DNA of 64,000 bases from assembly GCF_002571385.2 (NCBI RefSeq), contig NW_019217936.1, positions 232,855 through 296,854 of the forward strand, in the 5' to 3' direction. Every line of letters starts with the position of its first letter. Position 1 is the first letter of the stretch. The DNA comes from Stylophora pistillata (Eukaryota). Below, one piece after another: positions 40,766 through 54,160 of this stretch. Position numbers and translations under genes: made by a program. The notes below the pieces were generated by a model. The model was not told where the DNA came from. It did not search any database and was given only the letters and a program-made list of their open reading frames with translations.

Positions 40766-42748
40766 GGCTTTGGACGACATTAATAAAGTCAGATTGTGCT
40801 CTTTAACACAAAGTTATACAAATAATCAGTCGAAAATCCAATATAATGCTAGCAGTGCTTTTCGGGATAAAATGTTAACAAAAATGCTCGTGAAGCCAAA
40901 TAATGTCAAAAAAAGTGCTAGCACTATCGGTAAGAGCCTAACCAGAAGTACCACCTTTTTCATAAATTCATAAGTGACTTTTTCCTGGAACAAATTTACT
41001 TAAATTACTAATTTGATGCGGAGGATGATATACAATAAGACATTTCCATCTACGGCCACCTCGAAAGGTCGCAGTATTCAACTCAGTACTATTATTAAAA
41101 TTTAGGAAACTCCTTCGGTGAATTTGAAGGAAGCTCCTGTAAAGGAACCACGGTGACTTTGGTCGGTAAGAGTAAATGTATTAACATATTTCTTATTTAT
41201 ATTTTGAGGCAGTAAACAAAACATGGAAAAGCAAATTGTCACAGTCACATAGGATCTATTAGACACCGAATTCTCCATAGGGGAAAGTGTGCTCCGATCA
41301 AAACTAATAATTGTAAAATTTAAGGCTATGATGATAATCAACAAACATGTTATTGAAATAATGTACAGAGAAACTTTCAAGCCTTATAACGTTGCTATCT
41401 TAAGGATTACACGATTAACTGAAGTTCAGGGTCGAATGTAATATACCCAAAGACCAGAGGAATGAACTAACAATGCCGCTGGGAAAATTGATGTATCAAA
41501 GTAGACACAAATACTGTCTCGTACAACGAACCAATTCGGAGAGATCGTGCGAGACTGGCATAGACAAACAAGTCCGCGATTAAGCCAGCTTCAGGACAAT
41601 CTGTCTATCTCTCACCTGCAAGGGCCGTAAACAAAGTTGACAGAAAGTTTTGTCATAATTTAAGAAATACAAACCCAATGAAACCCTAAGAAATGCATTA
41701 TGATCGGTTAATCAAGTTTGACATCAGGATCAATAGGCGTGTTTTTGCACATCTGGATCAATCCGTATTCGAATTAAACTCTGTTCATGATGAGTTGCTT
41801 GACGTCTGAAAATAGGGTCAGATAAATCATGCTCGAAAATTTGAGCATTATGCCGACTTTCATACTCAGAATTTTGTATTATGCTTAGTTTGATAATTCA
41901 AAATAATAGCTTTTAAGATCCCCTCACCCCCTAAACTCCTCATTTCCATCTCAAACAGATAAAACCTGCTAAGAATAACAGGCCTACCAAAGTTCAGGGC
42001 ACACTATACTGACAGTGAATTCGTCCCTTTTGACTGTAACATTCGGTTCGTTTTTAAGAAGTTTAGCCATTATGCTGGCATTATACTTGATGCTCTGACT
42101 ATAATTGCATTATAATTTATCTGACCCTATCTGAAACGGGTTGCAGTCACCATTATGACAGAACTTGAAAGCTGAGAGTACACATCAACCCAAAAAACTT
42201 CCTGCTTCCCCTTCTTTAGTCTCGTGTATTCCAAACAACTTTCTTCTGTCTAAAATTACCCCATTTGAAAAAAACAACTTCTGCTTTAATTTTAGAACTG
42301 CGAGTCATCGATTCTGGTTTACCTTCTATTTACACGCGACGCGAAATTAGATTTCAGACCTTAATTTAATTTAAGGAATAATCATGAACTACAACTTCCT
42401 TCATTTTGGAAGAACACGAAGTGAAAAATATATATTGATATCAGTGCCTCTTAAATGGCAGCTTAGCTGTGTCTTATGATCGACGCAGGGAATTAAATTT
42501 CTCGTTAAATCTATTTTCGGAGAGTTTCGATCTCGAATATTGTATAAGGTAACCATGACTCACAGTCCAACAATAACACAACAGCAATCGCATTGCCATT
42601 TACTGAAGGAAGAATCCTACACCAGCGCGATATCTATATCTACTAATAATAATCTCCCTCCTCATTAAAAACATGGCTAAGAGCTAGTATCTATAAATAA
42701 AGAAATCATTCCAGCCGTTGCTAGAGAATGAAGGGATCCAAGGAGATA

Positions 42749-43333
42749 TTAAACGACGTCACTGCCTTGATTCCAACCCCAAGCGACCAACTTCGCATTA
42801 AGTGCCCCACATTTCATTTTAAAATCGTTTTTCTCGCTGACAACCTTTTCCAATTCCTCTTTTACTTTAGATATCTCCAGCTGAAGATCTTTATTTTCTT
42901 GGATGATATTCTCTTCCTTTGATGTGTTTTTCTTTCGACACTTCGAAGCGTACTTTCGATTCTTTAAGATTCGCCTTCGCTTTCGAAATTTTTGAGCCAG
43001 TCCTTGAGGAAGTTTGCGAAGTCGCCTGTTCAAAGCTTGAATAGGCATCTTTTCAAGTTTCTCGTCACTTGACAAAGGTACGACTGATCGGCGAGAAAGG
43101 TAATTGGAATTTCTTTGTTTGGATTTCTTAGCTTCATTCTGTTCAGACGAGTCCCCTGGTGCCTGAATCCTTTTACTCGAGTTAGCTTTTAAGAGATCTG
43201 CATTCAATCCATTGTCCTTGCTGGTTGAAATTTCCCTTTCCAAATCGGCCTGCTTTTTTGACGGCCAATCTTCTTTGAAGGAGTAAATCGGAAAAGAGGA
43301 GCCCTTCGGTGGTCGTCCATTTGTCGCCTCCAT
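42749..43333 (-). CDS. maf: Maf-family bZIP transcription factor, intronless (copy 1, type A)
   Basis: EHR-like SDEKLEKMPIQALNRRLRKL, basic region KRRRILKNRKYASKCRKK with the Maf-specific Tyr, and a zipper; 194 aa. Symbol is family-level only. Confidence 0.93.
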   Translation of the reverse strand: MEATNGRPPKGSSFPIYSFKEDWPSKKQADLEREISTSKDNGLNADLLKANSSKRIQAPGDSSEQNEAKKSKQRNSNYLSRRSVVPLSSDEKLEKMPIQALNRRLRKLPQGLAQKFRKRRRILKNRKYASKCRKKNTSKEENIIQENKDLQLEISKVKEELEKVVSEKNDFKMKCGALNAKLVAWGWNQGSDVV

Positions 43334-43413
43334 CTTTGTTACTTGATAGACGTTTACAATGAAAACACAAATTTATTGTCGAATCAAATTGCAAGGTAAT
43401 GATGTAAGGTTTA

Positions 43414-43424
43414 GGGGATTCCCC
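43414..43424. promoter_or_regulatory. NF-kB (kB) site GGGGATTCCCC upstream of Maf copy 1
   Basis: Exact 11-mer ~81 bp upstream of the ATG. Confidence 0.75.
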
Positions 43425-43923
43425 GTTCATTGTTATTATTTTTGGATGAGATTAAACAGATTTTCATAATGGTCGCTTTCTCATAACTATCCCTCGTTTA
43501 CCGATTAAGGGTAATTTTATGAACAATAAAACGAATTCGTTTAGGACTCTTTAGTAAATAAAATGCGGCGGATTAGCCAGTATAAGAACAGTTTCAGTTG
43601 CCGAATTTTTAGGAGCCTAACTTAATGGACCGATGCAAAATAACAAAGTCGTGCCGGTCGCCAGCGGATTCAGACATCGACTTTGATTAACCGTTTCAGA
43701 GTCGTTTCTGATACAGTTTCAGGACTTCTTAAGGTTTCAGAATAAAGCTCTTCTCCTGACGTATTTAACATCGCACATGATAATTTTGGCGCGTAAATCA
43801 AAGCCGTTACAAGCCGTCGTTCAGACAGAGTTCTAAGCGTAGCCAAGCGTTATAAACGGTATAATCAATTATTAATCAATTGAAATGCCAGACTTTTCAT
43901 GTGCAGATTGAAAATTTTTCAAT

Positions 43924-44986
43924 AAAGGCTGATAGTTTCGAAAGAAACTGTTTGGGGCTGCGTCGGTGGGAGTAACGAAATAATTTGGATATATCAACAA
44001 AGTTGAAATGGTAAATTGGCCACCGTAACGATTTCAAAAGCTGACGTTTCGAGCGTTAGCCCTTCGTCGGAACGAATAGAGGAATTGTGGGTTGTGTGTG
44101 CTTTTAAAGGCAGAAAATGGAGCCACGTTATTGGTGGGAACATGGCTTATTGATCGACATTCAGCATTACAAACGTCGCATAAGGAAGATTCCGACCGCA
44201 TTCCATTCACTCTCACGTTTCACCTTCACAACCACTCAGTTAAATCCATCATTCTTAAAAACTTTAAATTACTTTAAAACGATCCAGAGACAAGCACTAT
44301 CTTTTCGCAGCCTCCGCTCATTTCACTCAAACGCGACAAAAACATAGGCAAGTTCTCTTCAGACTAATGACCAACCAGGCACTTTTAAATGTGCTCGTGC
44401 ACGATGCAAAACGTGTCCTTTCATTCACAACACTGATAAAATATCGGGACCTAAACGATCCATTAAGATCACCTATCACTTCACGTGCACCTCCGCCAAT
44501 GTAATCTATTGCATAGTTGCACTTATTGCAAAAAGATATACATCGGCGAAACAGGCAGAAGACTAGATGACCGATTCCGAGAACACCTTCGAGACGTGGA
44601 AAGGAATGACAAGGACACATCGAAGCCAGACGCTAGACATTTTAATTTACCTGATCATTCAAAGCAACATATGGCAATCTGCGGTCTTTCCTTACACTTA
44701 GGTAGCACGGAAAGCCGTAAGAATCTTGAACAAAAGCTCATCTTTCAAACCGGCAGTCTAAATCCCACAGGGATCAACGAACGCTTTTCATTCCACTAAT
44801 TTATTCTTGTTTTTCTCGTTGCCATGTTCCCACCAATAACATAGCTCCTTTTTCTGCCTTTAAAAGCACACACAACCCACATTTCCTCTATTCGCTCCGA
44901 CGAAGGGCTAACGCTCGAAACGTCAGCTTTTGTGATCGTTACGGTGGCCAATTTACCATTTCAACTTTGTTGATATATCCAAATTA
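43924..44986 (+). mobile_element. 5'-truncated Penelope-like retroelement with inverted upstream pLTR
   Basis: GIY-YIG remnant (YIGETGRRLDDRFREHLRDV..ARHFN..RKNLEQKLIFQTGSLNPTGINERF) ending 44799. Segment ~43981-44146 is the reverse complement of ~44821-44986. Confidence 0.92.
44894..44927 (+). ncRNA. Minimal hammerhead ribozyme motif in Penelope pLTR
   Basis: CCGACGA-A-GGGC(TAAC)GCTC-GAAAC-GTC-AG, a C variant of the CUGANGA box. An antisense copy lies at ~44040-44072. Confidence 0.55.
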
Positions 44987-45183
44987 AAATTTTTGAGCCC
45001 GCCATTTCGGCGACGGAACATCATAATCACCTATACGCTTTACTTCAGCTCAAGCGCGATGCCACCAGACATAAGTGGTAGTTTAATATAGCTCTAGACC
45101 CGTACCTTCAATGTTTTCTTGTTACTAGGAAACATAAAGATACCTTTATTTGGGATGTTTTTGTGTATTACATGGTCATTAAA

Positions 45184-45440
45184 CAGGGCGTAGCCAGGAT
45201 TTTTCAAATGGGGGGTCACAGAGGCTACTCATCATTTACACCGCTGCATTCCCGCGTGTATCAGCGGGCTCAGTCGTATTATCGCGGCATGAAGGCCCAT
45301 ATCAATGGCTTTTACGGCCAAGATATTGTCATGGCGTTTTCGCCACCTGAATATTGTAGGTTGTTTGCTCTAAAGAAGACCTACCAAAGGTGGGGGGGTC
45401 ACGGGCACCCCAGGACCCCCCCTGGCTAGGCTACGCCCTT
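45184..45440. mobile_element. MITE with CAGGGCGTAGCC terminal inverted repeats (hAT-like ends)
   Basis: cagggcgtagccagg..ggggg ... ccccccctggctaggctacgccct; no clear target duplication. Confidence 0.6.
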
Positions 45441-46660
45441 GTTGAAGATTCAAAGTTCTCTCCGTTTCCTCATTCCTCTTCGGCAGCTCTCTTCCAGCCC
45501 CACCCCCTCAGGCCCTTAACATTAACATACCTATTATGCTGAAAATATTTCAATATTACAAAGTACGCTGAGACATATCAAACATGCCAAGACGTCTATA
45601 AGTCTATAACATCCGTGGATATACGTTAAATAGAGGATTACCGTGGTAGAAGGTATTTCATGGAATGCAGCTCTCTTACTATACTTCCTCATGTGACATC
45701 ATTGGACGGAATGGTGGGGGGGGAGAGGGGGCAGGGTTCAAAATACATCCCTATTTATTTTCCTTCCCTACCCCCTTCGCGCCTTACACATTGCCGAGAT
45801 TAATTTTTACAGAAACCGATATTTTGACAGATGTCCCCGAATTGAACAGCCCCTATCTGACAGCCAAATGTTTATATCTCTCTTCGCTCTCCAGGAAAGT
45901 TTCTTTCAGTTTCGAGAGATTATGTAGTCATTTTCAGTTTCGAAATCCGGGTAAACATGCAGTAGACCGGAACTGAGGAGAGAGTCTCCTTCACTCAAAC
46001 AGTAATATGGAAAATTTTTGGTTCGTGGATGGTAGAAACAGAGAATGTCGACGAAGCTATTAATATAATTGTATTGTGTGGTCGCAATCGATGGCGGTTG
46101 AAAATCAGGATCTCGCGCATTTGACCTAGCTCGACTGTTTCGTGTAACTCTCACTTTAATAAACACAAAATACTGTGTGGTAAAGAGTCAATCACATCAT
46201 GATAAACGTTTTTAAGAAGAAAAGAACGAGAATAGCGGGGAAAATTTTCTTTTAAGTTTAATTTTTCATTTTTGAACTTGTTATAACTGTCTTGTTTCCA
46301 TTCTTTAAATATTCCACTGTTTAATTCAACATCAGCTTTATTTCAATCGCTGGAGTCTCATATACTATATATGCATTTCACACGCACTTTTACAGAAATG
46401 TCTTTATATAGTCTTCTTATAAATCATATTATTTTCATTACTTCTTCAGCAGCAGCGAATTTTCCTGCTTCTTCAAATTCCAATTTCCCTGAACTGTCAA
46501 GATTTCTATGTGGCTATGCATATGTATGATTTTTCTGCGAAGGTTGGTATCATGAAATACATATAATTGTGACAAAAAAGGAGCCCAATATTGAATAAGG
46601 TGAAAGTAAATCACATACAGTACATCTTTGCAATGCAAAGGCTGAGTTTTATCAGCAAAA

Positions 46661-47242
46661 TCAGGCATCTTTTTTCGGGGCTTCCATTCTCTGTTTGAAC
46701 AGCGTGAAGGTCTGTTGTAACTCAATATATTTTTTCTGGAAGGCCTCTTTCTCTTTCGAAACTCTCAGCAATGTCCATCTTCCATCATCCACTTGTTTCC
46801 TCAACGAGGTGTTCTCGTTGATCAGATCTTCGTGTTCTTGTTGTTTTCGAAGACGGCAAGTGACGGCGTAACCTCGGTTCTTTAAGTTGCGTCTTCGCTT
46901 TCTTATCTTCATGGCCTCGTTCCCAGGGACATTTCGCAGCAACCTGTTCAATTCCCGCACCCGCATGCTCGCAATTTCCTCGTCAGTTAATTTTCTAACA
47001 TCTTCAGGGGTTGATTCATCATCTGACGACTCTGAGGTCGCGTAATCATCGTCCTGATTTACTTCTTGGTTGGTCTCCCCGTCGAAAAGATCTTGAATAT
47101 CACGATTGCTATCTTCGTCGGCCATCGTACTGGATTTCTTCCCAGGTGAAACGTTTTCAACAACCCACGGAGTGCTTAAAGGAAGATCTGTTTCCTCACT
47201 GGCGAGAAACAAATCCAGCACATCTATAGAATCTTCCTCCAT
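46661..47242 (-). CDS. maf: Maf-family bZIP transcription factor, intronless (copy 2, type B)
   Basis: Acidic N-terminus; LTDEEIASMRVRELNRLLR; KRRRNLKNRGYAVTCRLRK; zipper; 193 aa. Confidence 0.95.
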   Translation of the reverse strand: MEEDSIDVLDLFLASEETDLPLSTPWVVENVSPGKKSSTMADEDSNRDIQDLFDGETNQEVNQDDDYATSESSDDESTPEDVRKLTDEEIASMRVRELNRLLRNVPGNEAMKIRKRRRNLKNRGYAVTCRLRKQQEHEDLINENTSLRKQVDDGRWTLLRVSKEKEAFQKKYIELQQTFTLFKQRMEAPKKDA

Positions 47243-47422
47243 GATGAAATGAGAATCTGTGGGTATCTCGTTCGGCTGAGGCTGTAATATCTAAGCAGTT
47301 TACATCATCCACGAAACGAATGTCGCGAAGTTTAAGCGAAGAGCCGTAATGATATTTACACAGGTAAACTTGCACAAGCCAATCAGATACCTGATATATG
47401 CTTCTATATTGTATTTTGATAA

Positions 47423-47433
47423 GGGGAATCCCC
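47423..47433. promoter_or_regulatory. NF-kB site GGGGAATCCCC upstream of Maf copy 2
   Basis: Exact 11-mer ~181 bp upstream of the ATG; CCAAT box at ~47379. Confidence 0.75.
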
Positions 47434-50400
47434 TAACACGCTTCCAGGAATTTTCGAAGAGCTTTTCAAGATTTTCCGAGAATCAATGCCATATTGGCAT
47501 GCTTATTTCTCCTGAGTGAATGTTTCGAAACGAATTTTCCACTAGCGTTTATTATTCCTGAGATAGTTAGGTTTTGATACGCATTTTCGAGGAAAAACTC
47601 CAATCGAGTAAAGTGATCGGTTCAAGAAAGGGTGAGGGGTCTTTCAACGTCCAATCATGTATCGACTCCAGAGTGAGGAGATAAATTCGTATACGAAGTA
47701 TGCAGATTTGCTGACATTGAGATATTTTGTTTCATCTTTCATCACAAACATGTCGGTTATTTAAAAATAAGACAGGAAAAACCTATCAAAACATATATGG
47801 GGAGAAGAAAATGATTAAAAAAGGCATTTCGGATAGACACTTACTTTTATTTGTCAAATTATAACGGCTACTTTTGAGGATCTGGGGTTCGTCGGTTAAC
47901 GTAAACAAGTTTGTATCCTTTTTCCATCGGCTTCTGCCAGGGTTTCAATTACACTCTATTTCTATACAGGCTAAGTTGGCCGGAAAACAAGAGACATCTC
48001 TATATTTACCGTGAGAAGGGAAAGGGGCTCAGAGAGACGGGATCGATCACAACGAAAACAGTAAAAAGGAGTACTAAAGGCTAGTACCAGCAGTGGACCT
48101 CAAAGATAATGAACGAAACAATAAAACATCTATGGATGGTACCACAAGACTTTGATGAAAAACTTTGTTTTGAAAAATCAAGTCTTGCGTTCATTCAAAA
48201 GGGACAAAGTCTAAGAGGACCTTCACGTCAAGCAAAGTGATCCATACCCCGCTATAGTAGGTCTAAATACTACACTCACATCGTCAGTTTCTTTTTTCTC
48301 TTTTTTTTTTTTGTAAGGGGGGTGGGCGGGGGGAAAGGATCATTAAGCTTTCGCTATCATGTAAAGGCCCCTTCTCACAAAATTATCAGTTATTCCTGCA
48401 TTAAAATTAATTTTGTTTTCATGAAAGATTTTGTGATCAGAAACACGGTGTCCTTGAGGTGTAGGTTATGATCACAGATGAGGGGTCTTTCCATCCACTC
48501 CGGGTGACTGTTTTAACCTTTTAAAAGTCTGTATACCGCAAACCACCAAGGAAACGTGAGAAGATATGCGAGCGTCATGTGAATGATTGCAAAAAAAGAA
48601 TACAAAAAGAGGCTCATATCGCTAGTAACAGTGGTAAATAAATGAATTTGTGACATTGCTTATATTGTAACGCCTGGTAATAAAAATTCGACCGAACTTG
48701 TACCCGAGTGAGTAAATTGCAGTAAGTAATGCCTCATTGAAGATTTTATAATTCGATTTTTGAAACGAAATCTTCGGCGATATCGAGTCGAATTTCTGTG
48801 TTTTCGTTCGGCCTGTATCAGCACTGTTGGTCACTGTTTACTCTTATTCTCTCCCGAGTCAAGCAGTGTGGGTTACGATGTTTAGTCCCTTGATCAGAGA
48901 GCCTGGAATTAAATTCTAGTTTTCATTGACATATTATGATTTATAATCAGACCTTACTTGCCCGATTTATCAATTCATCAACAGCAGTGAATGAACAGGA
49001 ATGTACGAAGAGTGAGCTAATAATACAATGTCATTGCTATTTTGGATAAGTCATGGAGCTCATTTGTTTTGTCTGGATATTTAATTTTATAAAATTAATG
49101 AGATACTACGAGTACCTTAATTAATAGAAAATCGATTGTTTATTGCACACCCATAGAAAATTGAAGTTTATTTCACTTTCTATTAGTTTATAGGCGCAAA
49201 ATCTCCCCCCTGGGATGTTGGGAAAACACTTGAAAAGTTTGTAGATCACTTGTCACCTGGCACTTGAATTATAAACTTATCTCGTGTTCTGCCAACATGC
49301 CACATAAGTTATTACGCCAATAAACCAATAGAAAGTGCTTTTTATTGCTTTATAAAGTCAACTTCAGTTTTCTATGCTTGATGGTTTGAAAGTTAAGGCA
49401 GAAATAAGGTTGAGAGTGAGATGCGAATTTTTTCAAAACACAGTCATTCCTTCTTCGTGTCTAATGACGCAGGACAAGTTCCGGTGCGCTTGAGCTGCGA
49501 TACTTTACTTTTGAATAACAACATTCCTTTAATTCCAGATTGTCTCAGAAAGGGAAAACGTGTTTCCTTAAAGAACTGTTCGTCAAGATAAACTAGAGTG
49601 GAACAACGACGTATTTTTGAAAAACGGTTCAAAACTTTAATGTTTGACTGACTATCACGGTAGATCGAATTGCGCGAATTTGAAATGACAGGAACGATTA
49701 TTTATTTTCTTCTTTCGCATCACCCTTACGAGTGCTTATATTTTTTGTAGCTTTTTTATTTTTACCTGTGTGTAAGGTAGGGAATAATTTCACAAAGTGT
49801 ATACACAACTTCGAGAAAGGTGGTAAAATATATTTTCTGCAAAGTGCTGGCGAGTTTGCGTGACACAATCTGTCTGTGGTGATCTTATTAATGCGCAGCG
49901 GCAAAAATATATCCATCGGACTGTTTTCATGATCCATTCAGATTGAGGGAACTAGCCTTTGACATTTGTGCATAATATTGATCAATCAATAAAGCTCAAC
50001 TCTTCTTTATAACACAATGTGCTTTTTTAGCTGTCACTCGTGACTTTCACGCTCTGAATAGTTTATGCTCCTAATGTCACGCATGTCTGCTCCTCAGCTC
50101 AATAACAAAAATGATCACATGTTTGTTTCACAAAGGCGTTTTAGTTTGACCTCCTCTGTAGCGCCCAGAGTAAATTCCGAAAAAAAATGCTGTAATTATT
50201 GATGACTTGAAGTACGAAAAGAACTGAATTTCCGGGGAGAAAATCCACACAGTTAGGAACGAAATACATCGCGAAGATCGCATCCAAAGTGCATTTCATT
50301 TGTTTCCACGAAACTGGCTCGAGTTCCTGGAAAGCCTCGTGCGACGAGTTTTAAGGAGTGGCGAACACGCAGTAGTTTATAGCGATCTTTTTCATTATCC

Positions 50401-51488
50401 TTTTTCTGTCTCGAGCAAATACTTACGGATTTGCAAAACGCATTAAATTCGAAATCTTTCGTGTATTCTCCGCTTAGTCGGTACGAATAAAACATCAGTT
50501 CGTATCTATAGTTTTGTTCTAGTATAGCGACTCAACAACAAATAATCCTCTATTCTTTCTCGCTCTCTGTTTCGATTCCACCAGACCTTATGCTTTAATA
50601 GGGTCCAATTACGGAAATTTGCGTATTTTCTGCAATAGAAAGATAAAGCTACATTCATATAACTCAATAACTAAATCTGAAACTGTACTCTTACTCAATT
50701 TAAGGAAGGTGTGCAAAAATAAACACCCACACAATCTGAAACTAACTGCTTGTAATTTATTCAGCAGAAATTAAACACATAACAAGTGAATGTATTTCTG
50801 TTCCTTTGGACAAAATTATTACTTACAATTTCTTTTATAAAGTTCAAATACTCCACATACATTTAAATAATTCTTTCTGGAAGTAATATGACAAAATTTC
50901 CGTGGAACTCATAATAATAGCATTGAAGTGAATTTAACCTTATCAACAACTGAACAAGACATGTGGCATGTTAGGTTCTAAAATATATTCAACGTAGCAA
51001 AATGCATAAATCTAAATTGATCTGACTGGCAATTCTTCCATCAACAGTACCATAGTTAGTAGAGGAGACTACTAACTATGACAGTACCCAAAGACTTTGC
51101 ACACTACACTCAACTCTTAACTGGATAATATTCAAAATATATTACATCCAACGATTTAAAGTCGATAGAAATTAAGGACAATGCAAGGTTTCGTACAAGA
51201 TGAAGATCATTCAATTATATCAAACGCTGTAAAGAAATAGCTCCACCTTTGTCGCGATATACTATGAGCGGGATTCACAACGTGGCATGACGAAGTGTCT
51301 CAAGCTCAATGTCACTAACATAACAAACATTCACTGAGTATTTTCCTTGAGCATGGGTTCTTAGACTTTACGAAATTCTAACTACAGTCAGCTCAGTTTC
51401 TTTCGTGGTCATGTCATCCACAATATAAGTGCAAAGAATAGAAATATGTACATGAATGTAGCATCCAAAGTGTTATTATCACCGATTT

Positions 51489-52037
51489 TCATGAATGCAA
51501 CGGCCGCTTACGGCTCAAATACAATGCCTGGAGTTGTTCAAATTTCTTCTTATACATATCCCTGTCTCTCAAAGTGTTGCAAAGGTTTTCCCTCGCTTCT
51601 TTCAGTTCCAATTTCAAGCGCTGGTTTTGTTGTTCGAGGCTTTCTTTCAATGCCGTGCGTCTTTGTCGACAGAGTGTTGCATAGCCACGATTCTTAAGAC
51701 TTCTCCTCCGTTTTCTGATTTGCTTTGCCGCCGTTTTTGGCAAGTTTTTCAACCGTTGGTTTAAGAGTCTTATAGAGATACTGATCAATTCATCGTCGGT
51801 AAAGATATCTTTGCAAACTTGAGGACTCTGAGGTTCGCTGCTGACGGTAGATTCGGTCTCGAAGTTGTCCAAATCAAGTCTTGTTTGTAACAAAACATTC
51901 TCGAAGTCTTCTTCGCCAACCAGATCTTCCAGTCGATGGTTTTGTGACCAATCTGGAACGCAAAAATCGCTCGAGAAGTCACTTTCCAGTATTTCGTCCA
52001 TTGGGGACATTTCTGTAAGGTACTCGTTGTAATCCAT
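51489..52037 (-). CDS. maf: Maf-family bZIP transcription factor, intronless (copy 3, type C)
   Basis: First ATG at 52037 (the track start at 52058 is TTG); acidic N-terminus; FTDDELISISIRLLNQRLK; KRRRSLKNRGYATLCRQRR; zipper ..RDRDMYKKKFEQL; 182 aa. Confidence 0.95.
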   Translation of the reverse strand: MDYNEYLTEMSPMDEILESDFSSDFCVPDWSQNHRLEDLVGEEDFENVLLQTRLDLDNFETESTVSSEPQSPQVCKDIFTDDELISISIRLLNQRLKNLPKTAAKQIRKRRRSLKNRGYATLCRQRRTALKESLEQQNQRLKLELKEARENLCNTLRDRDMYKKKFEQLQALYLSRKRPLHS

Positions 52038-52184
52038 GTTAACGAAATGGCAATTCAACTAGAAATGAAACATATGACAGCACAATTTCCCATCAAAATT
52101 TAGCTTGATACGGGGTTCAGTGGATTTCGTCCAATCATACTGCGAGATTTGGTTAAATCCCACCCGCCTGTCAATCATGAAAAC

Positions 52185-52195
52185 GGGGAATCCCC
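52185..52195. promoter_or_regulatory. NF-kB site GGGGAATCCCC upstream of Maf copy 3
   Basis: Exact 11-mer ~148 bp upstream of the ATG. Confidence 0.75.
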
Positions 52196-52783
52196 TAAAG
52201 GGTTCTTTTTAGCTGAAATGTCAAAGCACGTAGTAGCTTTTGCAAGGTGAAACTGATCTTGGAAGCTTAAAAAATTGTGTTTCTTGTCCACTGAAAATGT
52301 TTGGAAACACTCCCCTAACCGAAAAAACTAAGTTGTAACGAATTTTTTCTCAGATCTAAAAAAAAATGGAATTACGTCATGTTTAAAATTTTTATAATTC
52401 TATAGTTTTCCTTCGGTTTTCTTCTTGCCTAAAATTCTCATGGATGATCCAGCTATTTCTTTCTCGCCGAACAGCTGAAATATTCCTGAAAATTCGTATT
52501 TCATTGGCTACAGTTTTTTATTTTTCCGTACAGGTCGCACCTAAACGCGAAGGGAAAGTCCCTTGCCCTCTGAAGGTTAACACAAATAAAAGCAGGTATG
52601 AAAAATATGCAACGAACATATTGCATCCAAATTGTGGAATCGGTAAATTTTAATAGCTAAAATATAAAAATGTTATTTTCTTATCGTGGAAACACTTTTC
52701 GTAAAAGGAAATGATTGATTTTCACATCAAACATCTCTGAGCGCGGTTCATGAAAGACTTTGAAGTGTCACGCATTCCAAAAA

Positions 52784-53163
52784 GGGAAAAACCCCTTCGG
52801 AAATGAAACAAAGCATCGACTTAATGTCAGATGCAAATTTTCACTTTCGAAACTGAAAGTAAAATTCCCTGATGCCATTACCCGTAATACGTGTTTCTAT
52901 TTTGGCGATTTGGCCCATGGACATTGAGCTTTTGGTTATTTAACTTGACTCTACAATAATGCTAAGTCTAGGCCACGATTTTCGCTGTATCGAGACTTTT
53001 GCCTTGAGTAGGGAAATTTCCCTTAACCTTTGAGGGCCAACATTATATGAAGTGCTTCATACACAGTTATCCGCGATGTTGCCATAACAATTCAAACGTA
53101 AAAAAATTCTTATTGTTCTATCTTTTTTATTATTATATTTTCTTTTCTGTACATAGTTTTTCA

Positions 53164-53199
<36 letters not shown>

Positions 53200-53747
53200 G
53201 TATATATACTTATATCTAAAACTTCCTTTTAGAGAGAGAGAGAGAGGGTAGGTATCTACTCTCTACCTTTTCATGATGCTCACCATTTTATCTTAATTAC
53301 AATTCGGTCAAGGAAAAGATCGATTTATTTTAAGGGTCGATATTACTCTGGTTTTTTCGGATTCATTCTCCTTTCATCTAGTTACCTTGTGGTTGCAGAA
53401 AAAATTCCAGATGCTGTATTTCAGGAAGGACATGATCTTGGCTGACAAACATAAGTTCCTGTTACCCAGCCAAAAAAAAAAAGTACACTCTTGAATAATA
53501 AATAAGTTTACGATCCGCCGCTCACTCATATATTTTTACAGCTATATGCATTTCACCTAAAAGACGGGGCGTCTGTAGTCAATATATTGGTGTCAGATCG
53601 GCTTTGAGGGGCACATGATAAATCATTGTATTAAAAGTTGACTTCTGAGGATTCAGATACGCTCGTTAAGCGAATATTGGAAGCATGGTAAATGTTCACT
53701 CTAATTACATGCGCAAAAAGCGAAAATTTTCATCAAGGGAAATTCCC
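52784..53747. promoter_or_regulatory. Candidate shared enhancer between divergent Maf copies 3 and 4
   Basis: kB-like GGGAAAAACCCC 52784, GGGAAATTTCCC 53011 and GGGAAATTCCC 53737; octamer ATGCAAAT 52831; back-to-back ISRE-like TTTCACTTTC/GAAACTGAAAGT 52839-52860. Confidence 0.55.
53163..53247. repeat. (CA)n/(TA)n/(GA)n dinucleotide microsatellites
   Basis: Directly visible. Confidence 0.9.
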
Positions 53748-54160
53748 TACCGTTGATTTCGCAAGTATTTGTTGTCAATAGATCGAAATCAGTTTCGCTT
53801 CTCGGACGAGCAAAGAGTTATAAAACAGGGACAGGAAAGGAGACAATTTTCGTTAGCAGCGTAATATTTAGTTTCTAGTGGCAGTAAAGTGAACACACAT
53901 GAATCAAACTGAGCTTCTCTTTCGTGAGGGCTTTATCAATGGAAAATCGTTATACATGATAAATTATATCGAGTTTGATTTATAAATAGCGTAAATTGTA
54001 TTGCAATACCAATGATAAATAAAATATATGAAGATAAAGGCTCTCAAATACGTTCATGTTGCATCCATTCCGGTCTCTGTTGTGAAAAATATATAGATAC
54101 TGTCTGAAACGGAAAGAAAACAGACGCTGTGGCCAAACAGATTAAACTTGTTGAAAACAA

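Noticed and set aside
21162-45440. TE-silencing cofactor ATF7IP lying next to a dense transposon block
   Set aside because: No sequence evidence of a functional link; such TE density is ordinary for these genomes.
47709-47715. TGCTGAC half-MARE upstream of Maf copy 2 (autoregulation?)
   Set aside because: A single 7-mer is expected by chance and was not seen at the other promoters.
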